Part shown: in pieces, positions 8,571 through 20,600 of the stretch | How positions within the stretch are numbered: position 1 is the first letter of the stretch | How the letters are laid out: each line of letters starts with the position of its first letter | Origin: Abditibacteriaceae bacterium | GTDB taxonomy: Bacteria > Armatimonadota > Abditibacteriia > Abditibacteriales > Abditibacteriaceae | Length of the DNA: 32,170 nt | Direction: 5' to 3' | Assembly (NCBI GenBank): GCA_031372065.1 | Contig: JANMKN010000261.1 | Coordinates: forward strand, 1 to 32,170 | Notes under the pieces: generated by a model | Database searches by the model: none | What the model was told of the DNA's origin: nothing | The model's input: the letters and a program-made list of their open reading frames with translations, nothing else | Translations under genes and position numbers: made by a program

Positions 8571-10093
8571 AAAACACCCTTCTCCTCGCCGCCCTGCTGC
8601 TGGCGCCGTTCGCCACGCTTCAGGCGGCGCAGGCGGCCACCAAACCAAACATCCTTTTCATCCTCGCCGACGACCTCGGCTACGGCGATGTCGGGTGCTA
8701 CAACCCAGAGGCCAAAGTCGCCACGCCGAACCTCGACAAGCTGGCGCGCGAGGGGATGCGCTTCACCGACGCGCATTCGCCCTCCACGGTCTGCACGCCC
8801 AGTCGCTATAGTTTGCTGACCGGGCGCATGGCGTTTCGCATTCCTTTTCGCAGCGTCTTCGAGGGCGTGGGCGGGCCGTGCCTCATCAAAGAAGACCAAC
8901 TGTCGCTGCCGCAAATGCTCCGCAATCAGGGCTACACCACGGCGATGACCGGCAAGTGGCACGTCGGCCTGACTTTCTTCGACAAAGACGGCCAGCACAT
9001 CACCAAAGGCGGCGTCGAAGGCGTGAAAATGATTGATTACACGCGCGCCATTCCCGATGCGCCGATTCATCGCGGCTTCGACCAGTTTTTTGGAACGGCC
9101 TGCTGCCCGGCCACCGATTACCTCTACGCCTTCATCGAAGGCGACCGCATTCCGGTGCCGCCGACAGCGCTGCTCGACAAGTCGAAGTTGCCCAAACATC
9201 CCTACGCCAACGACAACCGCAGCGGGATGATCGCGCCGGGCTACGACCTCGCGGATCTGGACATGGTCTTCCTCCAAAAAAGCCGCACGTTTTTGGAGCA
9301 GCACGCCAAAACCCAGCCGAAGAAACCGTTTTTTCTCTATCACTCGATGAACGCGGTGCATCTGCCGTCGTTTGCGTCGAAGCAGTTTCAAGGCGGCACC
9401 AAAGCCGGGCCGCACGGCGATTTCATTCAGGAACTGGATTTCATCGTCGGCGACTTGATGAAAACCTTGGAGCGGCTTGGTCTGGCGGAGAACACGGTGA
9501 TAATGTTTTCCAGCGACAACGGCCCGGAAACCACCAGCGTCGTTCATATGCGCGCCGATTACAAACACGACGGCGCGCGTCCGTGGCGCGGCGTGAAGCG
9601 CGACGACTGGGAAGGCGGCCATCGCGTGCCTTTCATCGTGCGCTGGCCGGGGAAAATCGCCGCCAGCAGCATCAGCAGCCAAACGGTCTGCCTGACCGAT
9701 GTGATGGCGACCTGCGCGGCGATGACCGGCACCAAACTTCCGGAAAACGCCGCCGAGGACAGCTTCGATTTCCTGCCCGCGCTGCTTGGAAAACCGGGCG
9801 GCGCGCCCGCCCGCCCCTACACCTTGCACCAAACCATCAGCCTTGCGCTCGCCATCCGCAAAGGGCCGTGGAAATACCTCGATCATCGCGGCTCCGGCGG
9901 AAACAACTACGACAAAGGCGAGATGAAGCCCTTCGCCCTTCCCGACACCGCGCCGGACGCGCCGGGCCAGCTTTACAACCTCGAAACCGATCCCGGCGAA
10001 ACGACAAACCTTTATTTCAAGCACCCAGAAGTCGTGCGCGAGTTGAAGGCTTTGTTAGACAGCAGCAAAGCAGCCGGGCGCAGCCGCAATTGA
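8567..10093 (+). CDS. Secreted arylsulfatase A-like Cys-type sulfatase (S1)
   Basis: Signal peptide; PNILFILADDLGYGD, VCTPSRYSLLTGR, GKWHVG, SSDNG, WEGGHRVPFIVRWPG. Confidence 0.94.
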   Translation: MKNTLLLAALLLAPFATLQAAQAATKPNILFILADDLGYGDVGCYNPEAKVATPNLDKLAREGMRFTDAHSPSTVCTPSRYSLLTGRMAFRIPFRSVFEGVGGPCLIKEDQLSLPQMLRNQGYTTAMTGKWHVGLTFFDKDGQHITKGGVEGVKMIDYTRAIPDAPIHRGFDQFFGTACCPATDYLYAFIEGDRIPVPPTALLDKSKLPKHPYANDNRSGMIAPGYDLADLDMVFLQKSRTFLEQHAKTQPKKPFFLYHSMNAVHLPSFASKQFQGGTKAGPHGDFIQELDFIVGDLMKTLERLGLAENTVIMFSSDNGPETTSVVHMRADYKHDGARPWRGVKRDDWEGGHRVPFIVRWPGKIAASSISSQTVCLTDVMATCAAMTGTKLPENAAEDSFDFLPALLGKPGGAPARPYTLHQTISLALAIRKGPWKYLDHRGSGGNNYDKGEMKPFALPDTAPDAPGQLYNLETDPGETTNLYFKHPEVVRELKALLDSSKAAGRSRN

Positions 10094-10108
10094 CGGCGAT
10101 TGCGGTTG
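10081..10108 (+). other. Stem-loop spanning the sulfatase stop codon
   Basis: CAGCCGCAAT...ATTGCGGTTG, 10-bp stem with one G-U pair, no strong U-tract; possible mRNA stabiliser or weak terminator. Confidence 0.4.
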
Positions 10109-10130
10109 AATAGTCTTGTTAGGAACCACC

Positions 10131-11753
10131 ATGAACATTTCCCCCATTGATCTGGCTGTAATCGTCCTCTATCTGGTTGGCATTACTGCCGCAGGCCTTT
10201 TTTCGGTTCGCAAGCAAAAGCTCACCGGCGAGTTGTATTTTTTGGCCGGGCGCAGCTTGCGCTGGCCGGTGGTGGGCGCGGCGCTGTTTGCCTCCAATAT
10301 CTCGACGATTCACCTGGTGGGGCTGGCCGAAGGCGGCTACAAACACGGCCTGGTCATCGGCAACTTCGAGTGGATGGCGTCGCTGACTTTGATTTTGCTG
10401 GCGCTGGTGTTCACGCCGTTTTATTTCAAGTCGCACATCTCCACGCTGCCTGAGTTCCTCGAAAAACGCTATTCGCCCACGGCGCGCACCATCATGGCGT
10501 TTATGGCGATTTTGGCGGCGCTTTTGATTCACATCGGCATCAGCCTCTACGCCGGGGCGGTGGTGTTTCGCGAGTTTTTCGGGGTCAACGTCTTGACTTC
10601 GATTGTGCTGATTTCGGTCATCACCGCGATTTATACGGTGGTGGGCGGCCTGCGCGCGGTGGTGGTGACCGAAACGATTCAGACGGTGGTTTTGCTGATC
10701 GGCGCGGTGGCGGTGACGGTTTTGGCCATCGCCGCGCTGCCCGGCGCGGGGGTGCATTCGCTGGCGGAGTTTAAGGCGGCGCTCAAACCCGACCAGATGA
10801 GCATGCTCAAGAGTTCCAACGAAGACGGCTTCGCCTGGTATGCCATTCTGCTGGGCTTCCCGGTGCTGGGCGTGTGGTATTGGTGCAGCGACCAGACCAT
10901 CGTGCAGCGCGTGCTGGGCGCGCAATCGCAGGACGACGGGCAAAAAGGCGCGTTATTCGCGGGCGTGCTGAAAATTTTGCCGGTTTTTCTGATGGTGCTG
11001 CCCGGCGTCATCGGCTACGTGCTGTTTCGTGACATCATCGGCGAAAACGCCAGCCAAACTTTTCCGGTGATGATCAACAAGCTGGTGCCGGTCGGACTGA
11101 AAGGCTTGGTGGCCGCCGGGATGCTGGCCGCGCTGATGAGCACCATCGCCGCCGCGCTCAACAGCGTCGGCACGTTGGTGGCGGTGGACATCGTCAAGCA
11201 TTTTCGCCCGAACACTTCGGATGAGGCGCAGGTTCGCATCGGCGCGGTTAGTTCGGTGGTGGTGATGCTCATCGCCATGGCATGGAGCACGCAGGGCGGG
11301 CGTTTTGGCTCGATTTTCGAGGCCATCAACAAAATGCCGGCGCAGTTTTTGGCCCCGCCCATCACCACGGTGTTCGTGTGGGGCGTGTTTTGGCGGCGCG
11401 GCACTAAACAAGCCGCCATCACCACGCTGTTGTTGGGTTTCACGTTGGGCTTTGGGGCGTTTTTGCTGGATTTGCCTGCCTTTGGCGACACGCAGTGGAT
11501 AACCGACCCCCAAAAAGGACTCGGCATTTCGTTTATGATGCAGGCGTGGTGGGGCTTTTGCCTGTGCAGCCTGCTCTACGTGGTCGTCAGCCTGCTGACC
11601 CCGCCGCCCGCGCCCGAACAAGTGAACGGCCTGACGTGGAAAAACCCCTTGCAAGTGATTTTTCACGGCAAACTCAGCGGCTGGAACGACCCGCGCGCGC
11701 TGGCGGCGGGCCTGTTTTGCGTAATGGTCACGCTGTATGCGATTTTTCATTGA
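10131..11753 (+). CDS. Sodium:solute symporter (SSS/SLC5, sugar-type)
   Basis: AGGA 10 nt upstream of ATG 10131; many hydrophobic helices; YFLAGRSL, ASNIS, TLPEFLEKRY, YTVVGGLRAVVVTE, WYWCSDQTIVQRVLGA, LAALMST. Confidence 0.95.
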   Translation: MNISPIDLAVIVLYLVGITAAGLFSVRKQKLTGELYFLAGRSLRWPVVGAALFASNISTIHLVGLAEGGYKHGLVIGNFEWMASLTLILLALVFTPFYFKSHISTLPEFLEKRYSPTARTIMAFMAILAALLIHIGISLYAGAVVFREFFGVNVLTSIVLISVITAIYTVVGGLRAVVVTETIQTVVLLIGAVAVTVLAIAALPGAGVHSLAEFKAALKPDQMSMLKSSNEDGFAWYAILLGFPVLGVWYWCSDQTIVQRVLGAQSQDDGQKGALFAGVLKILPVFLMVLPGVIGYVLFRDIIGENASQTFPVMINKLVPVGLKGLVAAGMLAALMSTIAAALNSVGTLVAVDIVKHFRPNTSDEAQVRIGAVSSVVVMLIAMAWSTQGGRFGSIFEAINKMPAQFLAPPITTVFVWGVFWRRGTKQAAITTLLLGFTLGFGAFLLDLPAFGDTQWITDPQKGLGISFMMQAWWGFCLCSLLYVVVSLLTPPPAPEQVNGLTWKNPLQVIFHGKLSGWNDPRALAAGLFCVMVTLYAIFH

Positions 11754-11792
11754 GCGCCCATCGGCGTCACGCAGACAGAAGCCAAAAGCCGC

Positions 11793-11835
11793 GCGGAACG
11801 CCCGGCGGCAGTTGATATACTGCGAGCGGTTCCGC
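11793..11835 (+). other. Interrupted stem-loop downstream of the symporter
   Basis: GCGGAAC/GTTCCGC outer stem and GCAGT/ACTGC inner stem. Confidence 0.4.
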
Positions 11836-11877
11836 CAAACACTCAACTCTCAGTATTTGATTCTGGGCTAAAGAGCC

Positions 11878-11908
11878 TTGCCATCCTGAGCGCAGCGAAG
11901 GATGACAA
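11878..11908. repeat. REP-like palindromic element (GTCATCCTGAGCGCAGCGAAGGAT type), short form
   Basis: TTGCCATCCT-GAGCGCAGCGA-AGGATGACAA; arms match at 9/10. Confidence 0.6.
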
Positions 11909-11982
11909 TTCTTCTATTGTGACCTGTTGCTCAAGTTATTTTGGACTTTTTAAACTGATTCTAATCCGGTGCATCGGGATAC

Positions 11983-12627
11983 ATGACCCTCGTAAAATCC
12001 AAACAAAGAGTCGCCGACCACGGAGAGGTTTTCACGCCGCCGTGGATGGTCGAGGCGATGCTCGACCTTGTGAAAGGCGAGACCGAACGCATTGACTCGC
12101 GCTTTCTTGAACCGGCCTGCGGCAACGGCAATTTTCTCGTGCAAATTCTGCGGCGCAAGCTGGCCGCTGTGGAACTCAAATATGGTCAGTCCGATTTCGA
12201 GCGACGGCACTATGCGTTGCTGGCGCTGATGTGCATTTATGGCATCGAACTGTTGCCGGACAACATCGCCGATTGCCGCGCGAACCTGCTGGACATCTTC
12301 GCCGAATATTTAAACCTTGATGAGTCCGACGATTTTTATCGCGCCGCCGTCTTTGTGCTTTCGGTGAACCTCATTCACGGCGATGCCATGAAAATGCTCG
12401 CTTGGGACAATTTGCCGATTACCTTTGCCGAGTGGGGTTATCTTGGGAAAGGCCGCTTTCAACGCCGCGACTTCAGTTTAAAAAGCCTCACAATGTCTTC
12501 GACGTTCAGCGCCGAAGACTCGCTCTTTGCCCAACTCGGCAAACATGAGATATTCACGCCCACCAAAACCTATCCGCCAATGACGGTGCGTGAACTGGCG
12601 GCCCTTGCACCGGAGATCACCGAATGA
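11983..12627 (+). CDS. Short N6-adenine DNA methyltransferase-fold protein (motifs X, I, II, III; no motif IV)
   Basis: GEVFTP, FLEPACGNGNFL, IYGIELL, IHGDA; no NPPY/DPPY in 214 aa. Confidence 0.88.
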   Translation: MTLVKSKQRVADHGEVFTPPWMVEAMLDLVKGETERIDSRFLEPACGNGNFLVQILRRKLAAVELKYGQSDFERRHYALLALMCIYGIELLPDNIADCRANLLDIFAEYLNLDESDDFYRAAVFVLSVNLIHGDAMKMLAWDNLPITFAEWGYLGKGRFQRRDFSLKSLTMSSTFSAEDSLFAQLGKHEIFTPTKTYPPMTVRELAALAPEITE

Positions 12628-14214
12628 TTGAACAGGCTAATTTCACCTTGCGCGGGCGCAACCCGGACGTGCTGACGTGCATCGCGAACCTTTCCAACGA
12701 CGAGGTGTTTACACCGCCGGAGTTCGCTAATCGGATGCTCGACACGCTGGCCGAGGCGTGGGCGGCGAACAACAAGGACGCGAATATCTGGGCAGATAAA
12801 ACGGTGAAGTTCCTCGACCCCTGCACCAAATCCGGCGTTTTCCTGCGCGAGATTACCACTCGCCTCACCAATGGGTTGGAAAACGAGATTCCTGATTTGG
12901 AAAAGCGTGTGAATCACATCCTCACGCAGCAGGTGTTTGGTATCGCCATCACGCAAATCACGGCGCTGCTCGCGCGGCGCAGCTTGTATTGCTCCAAGCA
13001 CGCGCAAGGCGAACACTCGATTGCCAAGGGTTTCGCCAGCGACGATGGCAACATCTGGTTCAAACGCCTCAAACACACTTGGGTGGGCGACAAGTGCAAG
13101 TATTGCGGCGCGGCAAAATCCGTTTTCGACCGTGGTGAAGGACTGGAAACTCACGCCTACGCGTTCATTCACACCGACAATATCAAGACTCGGCTCGCCG
13201 AGATTTTTGGAGACAATATGCAATTTGACGTCATCATCGGAAATCCACCATATCAATTAGACGATGGCGGCTTTGGAACCAGCGCCGCACCAATCTACCA
13301 ACTCTTTGTGGAGCAAGCACTGGCACTTGAACCACGTTATGCCGTGTTCGTAACGCCTTCGCGCTGGATGGCTGGCGGCAAAGGACTCGACAAATATCGC
13401 GAGCGAATGCTTTCCGACAAAGGCCTTCGAAAAATTGTGGACTACCCAAAACTCTACGAGGGTTTTCCGGGAGTGAAGATTCGTGGCGGCATTTCGTATT
13501 TCCTGTGGGAAAGTGATTCAAAAGGGCCGTGCTCTGTGCAGACCATCTGGGATGGGCAACCAACCGGGCCAGCCGTGGAACGTTACCTTGATACTTATGA
13601 CGTTCTCGTCCGGCGAAATGAAGCCGTGCCGATTTTGGACAAAGTTCGGGCCAAGGAAGAGCCGACGCTCGACCAGCGAGTTTCCAGTCGTAAACCCTTC
13701 GGCCTTGCGACCAACTTCAAGGGCAAACCTTCAAAGTCCGGTTTGAAGAAACCGATACAGCTTTATGAAAACCAGCGAACTGGCTGGATTGAGCGCAAGG
13801 ATGTCACGGTCAATCCGGGATGGATTGACGAGTGGAAGGTGCTGATGACTGCCGTTCAGGGCACGAGCGCGGCGATTGAAACCAAATTTCTCAGCAAGCC
13901 TATCATTGCCGAACCCGGCACTGCTTGCACCGAAACCTATCTCGTTGCAGGACATTTTGCGGACAAAGGAACGGCGACTAACTACGCAAAATACCTGCGC
14001 TCAAGATTCGTCCGCTTCTTGGTTTCGCTTCGTAAAGCGACGCAGCACGCGACAAAAGATGTGTATTCATTTGTGCCCGACCTGCCGTTAGACCAAGAGT
14101 GGACAGACGACAAACTCTACAAGCGTTACGGGTTGACCAAAGACGAGATTGCTTTCATCGAATCCCAAGTCGCCGAACACGTTGACGGCTCAAGCGAGGC
14201 GATTCCCAACGACG

Positions 14215-14222
<8 letters not shown>
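12624..14222 (+). CDS. Eco57I-like amino-methyltransferase with C-terminal target-recognition region
   Basis: DEVFTP, FLDPCTKSGVFL, FDVIIGNPPYQ, PIYQLFV, VTPSRW, F.GV.IRGGISYFLW; C-terminal DDKLYKRYGLTKDEIAFIE; ATGA overlap with upstream gene. Confidence 0.9.
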
Positions 14223-16758
<2,536 letters not shown>

Positions 16759-16767
16759 GGCCCGAAA

Positions 16768-16851
16768 TACGCCATTTTGCCCCTCCAACTTCCGATTTCC
16801 ATCCACCAAGATTCGATTAACACTCTCCAAGCCCCGATTCACATGCTCCAG
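16768..16851. repeat. Degenerate 21-bp tandem repeat, 4 units
   Basis: tacgccATTttgcccCTCCAA / cttcCGATTtccatccacCAA / gattCGATTaacactCTCCAA / gcccCGATTcacatgCTCCAG. Confidence 0.6.
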
Positions 16852-16912
16852 AACAACCGACGATTCGGCCCAACAAAACGGAGCCGCCAAACCCGGAACT
16901 GTCGAAAAAACT

Positions 16913-19018
16913 ATGAAACTCATTCTTAACCTTCTCGCCGCCCTTCTGCTGGCTTCGTCGCACGTGACTGGCGCCGATGCGCGGCTGGGCGGCGCGAAGG
17001 CAGGCTCGGTTGCCGCGAAACTTCCGGCCACGCCACGGCAAGGCTCCACGCTCTACGATCCCGCTGAGCCTTACGATGCCAACGCCCCGGTGTATCCGCA
17101 GGTGTATTCGGCGGAACAAGTGGAGGAGCAGCGGCGGGCCGGAATAAGGTTAGTCAAGGAATTCCGCGAGGCCCTCGCTGCCAGGAAAACCGAGTTTCAT
17201 GCTGCGCCCGGCGTCTATCGCCTGCCCAAGGGCAGCGATTTTGGAGTTGGCACGTTCGACGCTTTCACATTGCACCTGCCGCATTGCAAACTCATCATGG
17301 AATCCATCGAGCGGCCTTTGTTTTCGCTCTGGCGGGTTAAATCCTTCGAGGTCGTGGGGCCGGTGGTGGTGGATTTCGATCCGTTGCCGTATTCGCAAGG
17401 GCGCATCGTTGCCAGCGACTACGAGAAGCGCCGCGTGACGGTGGAAGTTGCGCCGGGCTTTCGCGCGTTGGTGGCCAAAGCGGACAAAGAAGAATTGTTC
17501 TACGCCTACAGCCCCACCGGCATCTGGCTGCCCAACATTTCTTGGTCTCAGTTCGCCTGGAACAACGCCACGCTCAGCGCAAACGGGCGCAGCGTGACGT
17601 TTTCGGCAGGCCAAGACCTGCAACGCGACTACTGGGATCGGCTTTACAGCCCCGGCAATCTCACGACCATTGGGCCGTCGGGGCCGGACTGGCTTTTTGT
17701 GCTGGAAGAAGTCGGCAATCTGACGGTGCGCGACCTCGATTTCTACGGAGGCGGCTTTTGCTATCGCAACGCCACGGAGACCTGCACGTTAACCCGCGTG
17801 CGAGGGCGCAGACGTCCCGGCACCAACCGCCTCTGTGGCGGCGGCGGATGGCAGTCCTCAACGCGCAAATGCCGCGTGACGCTGGACAGTTGCGAATTTC
17901 GCACTTCACAAGACGACCTGCTCGATATGTCCTCAAGCAACATGGACATGGTGTGGCAAAAAACCGGGCCGCGCGAATTGGTGGTGTGGAGCAACATCTG
18001 GCACCGCTACCAAGACGACGAACCCGGCAGCCGCTTCGCGTTTTACCAAAGAGATTTCACGCCGCTTACCAGCGCCAAACTGGTGTCGGCTCAGCGTGTT
18101 CCAGACGCCGAGGCCAAGCCTTGGATTGAACCGGCGGCGGAGTTCATCCGCACCACCATGAAGTTCAAAGACCAAACTGGTTATCGAGCGTTCTGGCGAT
18201 TGACTTTCGACCAGGACCTTGATTTGGAACGCGGCACGCTGGTCGAAGACGTGGCCGACCGCCAAATGGAACTCGTGATGCGCAACTGCCTTTGGTCCGA
18301 TGCGGGCGTGCGCGTGATGATTCAGAGCGGCAAGCGGCTGGAACTGACCAATAATCACTTCGTGCGACTCGCCGGAGGGCTGGACGTCGTCACCGACTCG
18401 TGGTGGTGGCAAGGAGCCACCATCCACAATGTGCTGATCGCCGACAATGTTTTCATTAATTGCAGCTACGGCGCGCTCTGGGGTTCGGGCCGCGCTGCCC
18501 TCAGCGTGCACAACGGCACGCCGCCCATCGCAGCCTTTCCTGCCTCGTATCCCAACAGCGACATCGTCATCCGCAACAACCACATAGACGGTTCCAGTGC
18601 CGGGGCGATTATTGTGCAAAACAGCGAGCGCGTGCAGATTACTGGCAACTATTGCCGGAGTCTGTTTCAAATGAAAAAGCCTCAAGCCGCGATTGACGTT
18701 GCGGGGTCGGCCAATCTTCACATTTCTGGAAACACCATCGAAAATTGTCCGGCCCCCGCCATCAGGGCCGAGTGGGTCAGCGGCCTACAATGCCAGGGCA
18801 ACAGCGCCAACAATCTGGGAGCCGAAGGCAAACCCACCGTCCTGGTCGAACTTGGCAACGTGCGCCAAGCCAACGTGCAAGACAATCGCGCCGAACGATC
18901 ACAACTCGACGCCGTGGTGCGCCAGAAGAGCAGCACCGAAGTTCAAGCAAAGCGCAACCGGGCCACTGATGCGCCAACGGTGCCTTCGCTAATTGCCGAA
19001 GCCAAAGCGCAACTGTAA
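16913..19018 (+). CDS. Secreted right-handed parallel beta-helix protein, GH110-like
   Basis: Signal peptide; APGVYRL, DFDPLPYSQGRIV, RGRRRPGTNRL, QDDLLD; Asn-ladder repeats (LTNNHF, IADNVF, IRNNHI, ITGNYC, ISGNTI). Confidence 0.75.
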   Translation: MKLILNLLAALLLASSHVTGADARLGGAKAGSVAAKLPATPRQGSTLYDPAEPYDANAPVYPQVYSAEQVEEQRRAGIRLVKEFREALAARKTEFHAAPGVYRLPKGSDFGVGTFDAFTLHLPHCKLIMESIERPLFSLWRVKSFEVVGPVVVDFDPLPYSQGRIVASDYEKRRVTVEVAPGFRALVAKADKEELFYAYSPTGIWLPNISWSQFAWNNATLSANGRSVTFSAGQDLQRDYWDRLYSPGNLTTIGPSGPDWLFVLEEVGNLTVRDLDFYGGGFCYRNATETCTLTRVRGRRRPGTNRLCGGGGWQSSTRKCRVTLDSCEFRTSQDDLLDMSSSNMDMVWQKTGPRELVVWSNIWHRYQDDEPGSRFAFYQRDFTPLTSAKLVSAQRVPDAEAKPWIEPAAEFIRTTMKFKDQTGYRAFWRLTFDQDLDLERGTLVEDVADRQMELVMRNCLWSDAGVRVMIQSGKRLELTNNHFVRLAGGLDVVTDSWWWQGATIHNVLIADNVFINCSYGALWGSGRAALSVHNGTPPIAAFPASYPNSDIVIRNNHIDGSSAGAIIVQNSERVQITGNYCRSLFQMKKPQAAIDVAGSANLHISGNTIENCPAPAIRAEWVSGLQCQGNSANNLGAEGKPTVLVELGNVRQANVQDNRAERSQLDAVVRQKSSTEVQAKRNRATDAPTVPSLIAEAKAQL

Positions 19019-19063
19019 TCACAAGCGGACAGCAAAACAAAGCGCTGCTTTCCTCAAAAATCC

Positions 19064-20467
19064 ATGAAACACACCCTCACACTCCTCACCGCCGTGCTGC
19101 TGGTGCCGCTGACCGCGTTGCACGCCGCCGATGCGCGAGCCAAACAGCCCAACGTGCTGTTCATCGCCGTGGACGACCTCAATCACTGGGTCGGGCACTT
19201 GGGGCGCAACAAGCAGACGAAAACACCGAACCTCGACCGGCTCGCAAAGCTGGGCGTGAGCTTTGCCAATGCCCACTGCGCCGCGCCGGTTTGCAATCCT
19301 TCGCGCGCCGCGCTGCTGAGCGGCAGGCGTCCGTCGGCCACGGGAATTTACGACAACGGGCGGCCGTATGAGGCGGCCATCAAGGCGGGCGATTCGCTGG
19401 TGATGCAGTTCAAAAATGCGGGCTACGAAACGCTTGGCATGGGCAAGCTGTGGCACGGAGGGCTGGGCTTTGCCGAGCAATGGACGGCCACCGGCGGCAG
19501 GGAGCGCGGTGGCGACCACGGCGCGGCGAAAGTGAACGACCGCAGCATAGGCGGCATTCGTTTTGGCGTCATCGAAGGCGGCGATGAGGCTGTGCCCGAC
19601 ACGCAAATCGCCGACTACGGCATCGCGCAGCTTCGAGCGAAACACGAACGGCCCTTTTTCCTCGCGCTCGGTTTTCACAAGCCACATATGCCGTGGAACG
19701 TGCCGCAGAAGTATTTCGATATGCACCCGCTGGCGGAGATTGAGCTGCCGCCAGTGAAGGCGGACGATTTGGCCGACATTCCGGCGGCGGGTAAAAAGAT
19801 GGCGAAGGCTTTCGGCGACCACGCGGCGGTCATCGAGTCGGGTCGCTGGAAAGAAGCGGTGCAGGCGTATCTCGCGGCGATTTCCTATCTCGATGGTCAA
19901 GTGGGCCGCGTGCTGGATGCGCTGGAAAAATCGCCGCAGCGCGACAACACCATCATCTGCCTGTGGGGCGACCACGGCTGGCACCTTGGCGAAAAAGAGC
20001 ACTGGCGAAAATTCGCGCTGTGGGAGGAAACGACGCGCGCGCCGTTTATCTGGGTCGTGCCGGGCGTCACGAAAGCGGGCGGCGTGTGCAAAGCGCCGGT
20101 GGATTTTATGAGCGTCTACCCGACGCTGTGCGACCTTGCCGGCATCGCCAAACCCGCGCACGTCACCGGCCCGAACATTCGCCCGCTGCTTGCCGACCCC
20201 GCCGCCGCGTGGCCCCACGCGGCGCTCACCACCTTCGGGCGCGGTAACCACGCCGTGCGCACCGACCGCTGGCGCTACATCCGCTACGCCGACGGCGGCG
20301 AGGAACTCTACGACCACAACGCCGACCCGTATGAATGGACAAATCTCGCCGCGAAGCCGGAACACGCGGAATTGAAGGCTGAGCTGGCGAAAAATTTCCC
20401 CGCAGCCAACTCGGAAGCGCCCGACCGGAAGAAGGGTGCGCGACGAGGCACGGAGCAGGCCGAGTGA
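19064..20467 (+). CDS. Secreted Cys-type sulfatase (S1; iduronate-2-sulfatase-like)
   Basis: Signal peptide; PNVLFIAVDDL, VCNPSRAALLSG, GFHKPHMPW, WGDHGWHLGEKEHWRK. Confidence 0.94.
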   Translation: MKHTLTLLTAVLLVPLTALHAADARAKQPNVLFIAVDDLNHWVGHLGRNKQTKTPNLDRLAKLGVSFANAHCAAPVCNPSRAALLSGRRPSATGIYDNGRPYEAAIKAGDSLVMQFKNAGYETLGMGKLWHGGLGFAEQWTATGGRERGGDHGAAKVNDRSIGGIRFGVIEGGDEAVPDTQIADYGIAQLRAKHERPFFLALGFHKPHMPWNVPQKYFDMHPLAEIELPPVKADDLADIPAAGKKMAKAFGDHAAVIESGRWKEAVQAYLAAISYLDGQVGRVLDALEKSPQRDNTIICLWGDHGWHLGEKEHWRKFALWEETTRAPFIWVVPGVTKAGGVCKAPVDFMSVYPTLCDLAGIAKPAHVTGPNIRPLLADPAAAWPHAALTTFGRGNHAVRTDRWRYIRYADGGEELYDHNADPYEWTNLAAKPEHAELKAELAKNFPAANSEAPDRKKGARRGTEQAE

Positions 20468-20476
20468 TCCGGGTAT

Positions 20477-20526
20477 CCATGAACCAGCGTGACCCCGATT
20501 GAAATCGGGGTCACGCTGGTTCATGG
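20477..20526. repeat. Perfect 24-bp inverted repeat (REP-like)
   Basis: CCATGAACCAGCGTGACCCCGATT-GA-AATCGGGGTCACGCTGGTTCATGG. Confidence 0.9.
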
Positions 20527-20600
20527 CCCCAGATTCAGGAGCGCCGCTTGTGGCGGCTTTCAATCGGCAGAGACAAGAAAACCCGCCGCAATTTAACGAC

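Noticed and set aside
14149..14214. Upstream alternative starts (also 3990, 8501, 10116, 20499, 21847, 28353, 31922)
   Set aside because: Downstream ATGs fit signal peptides, SD-like motifs or gene overlaps better.
16768..16851. CRISPR array interpretation of the 21-bp repeat
   Set aside because: No spacers, units too degenerate, no cas genes.
20477..20526. Intrinsic terminator or integron attC call for the palindrome
   Set aside because: No U-tract on either strand; no RYYYAAC/GTTRRRY ends or extrahelical bases; no integrase in the window.
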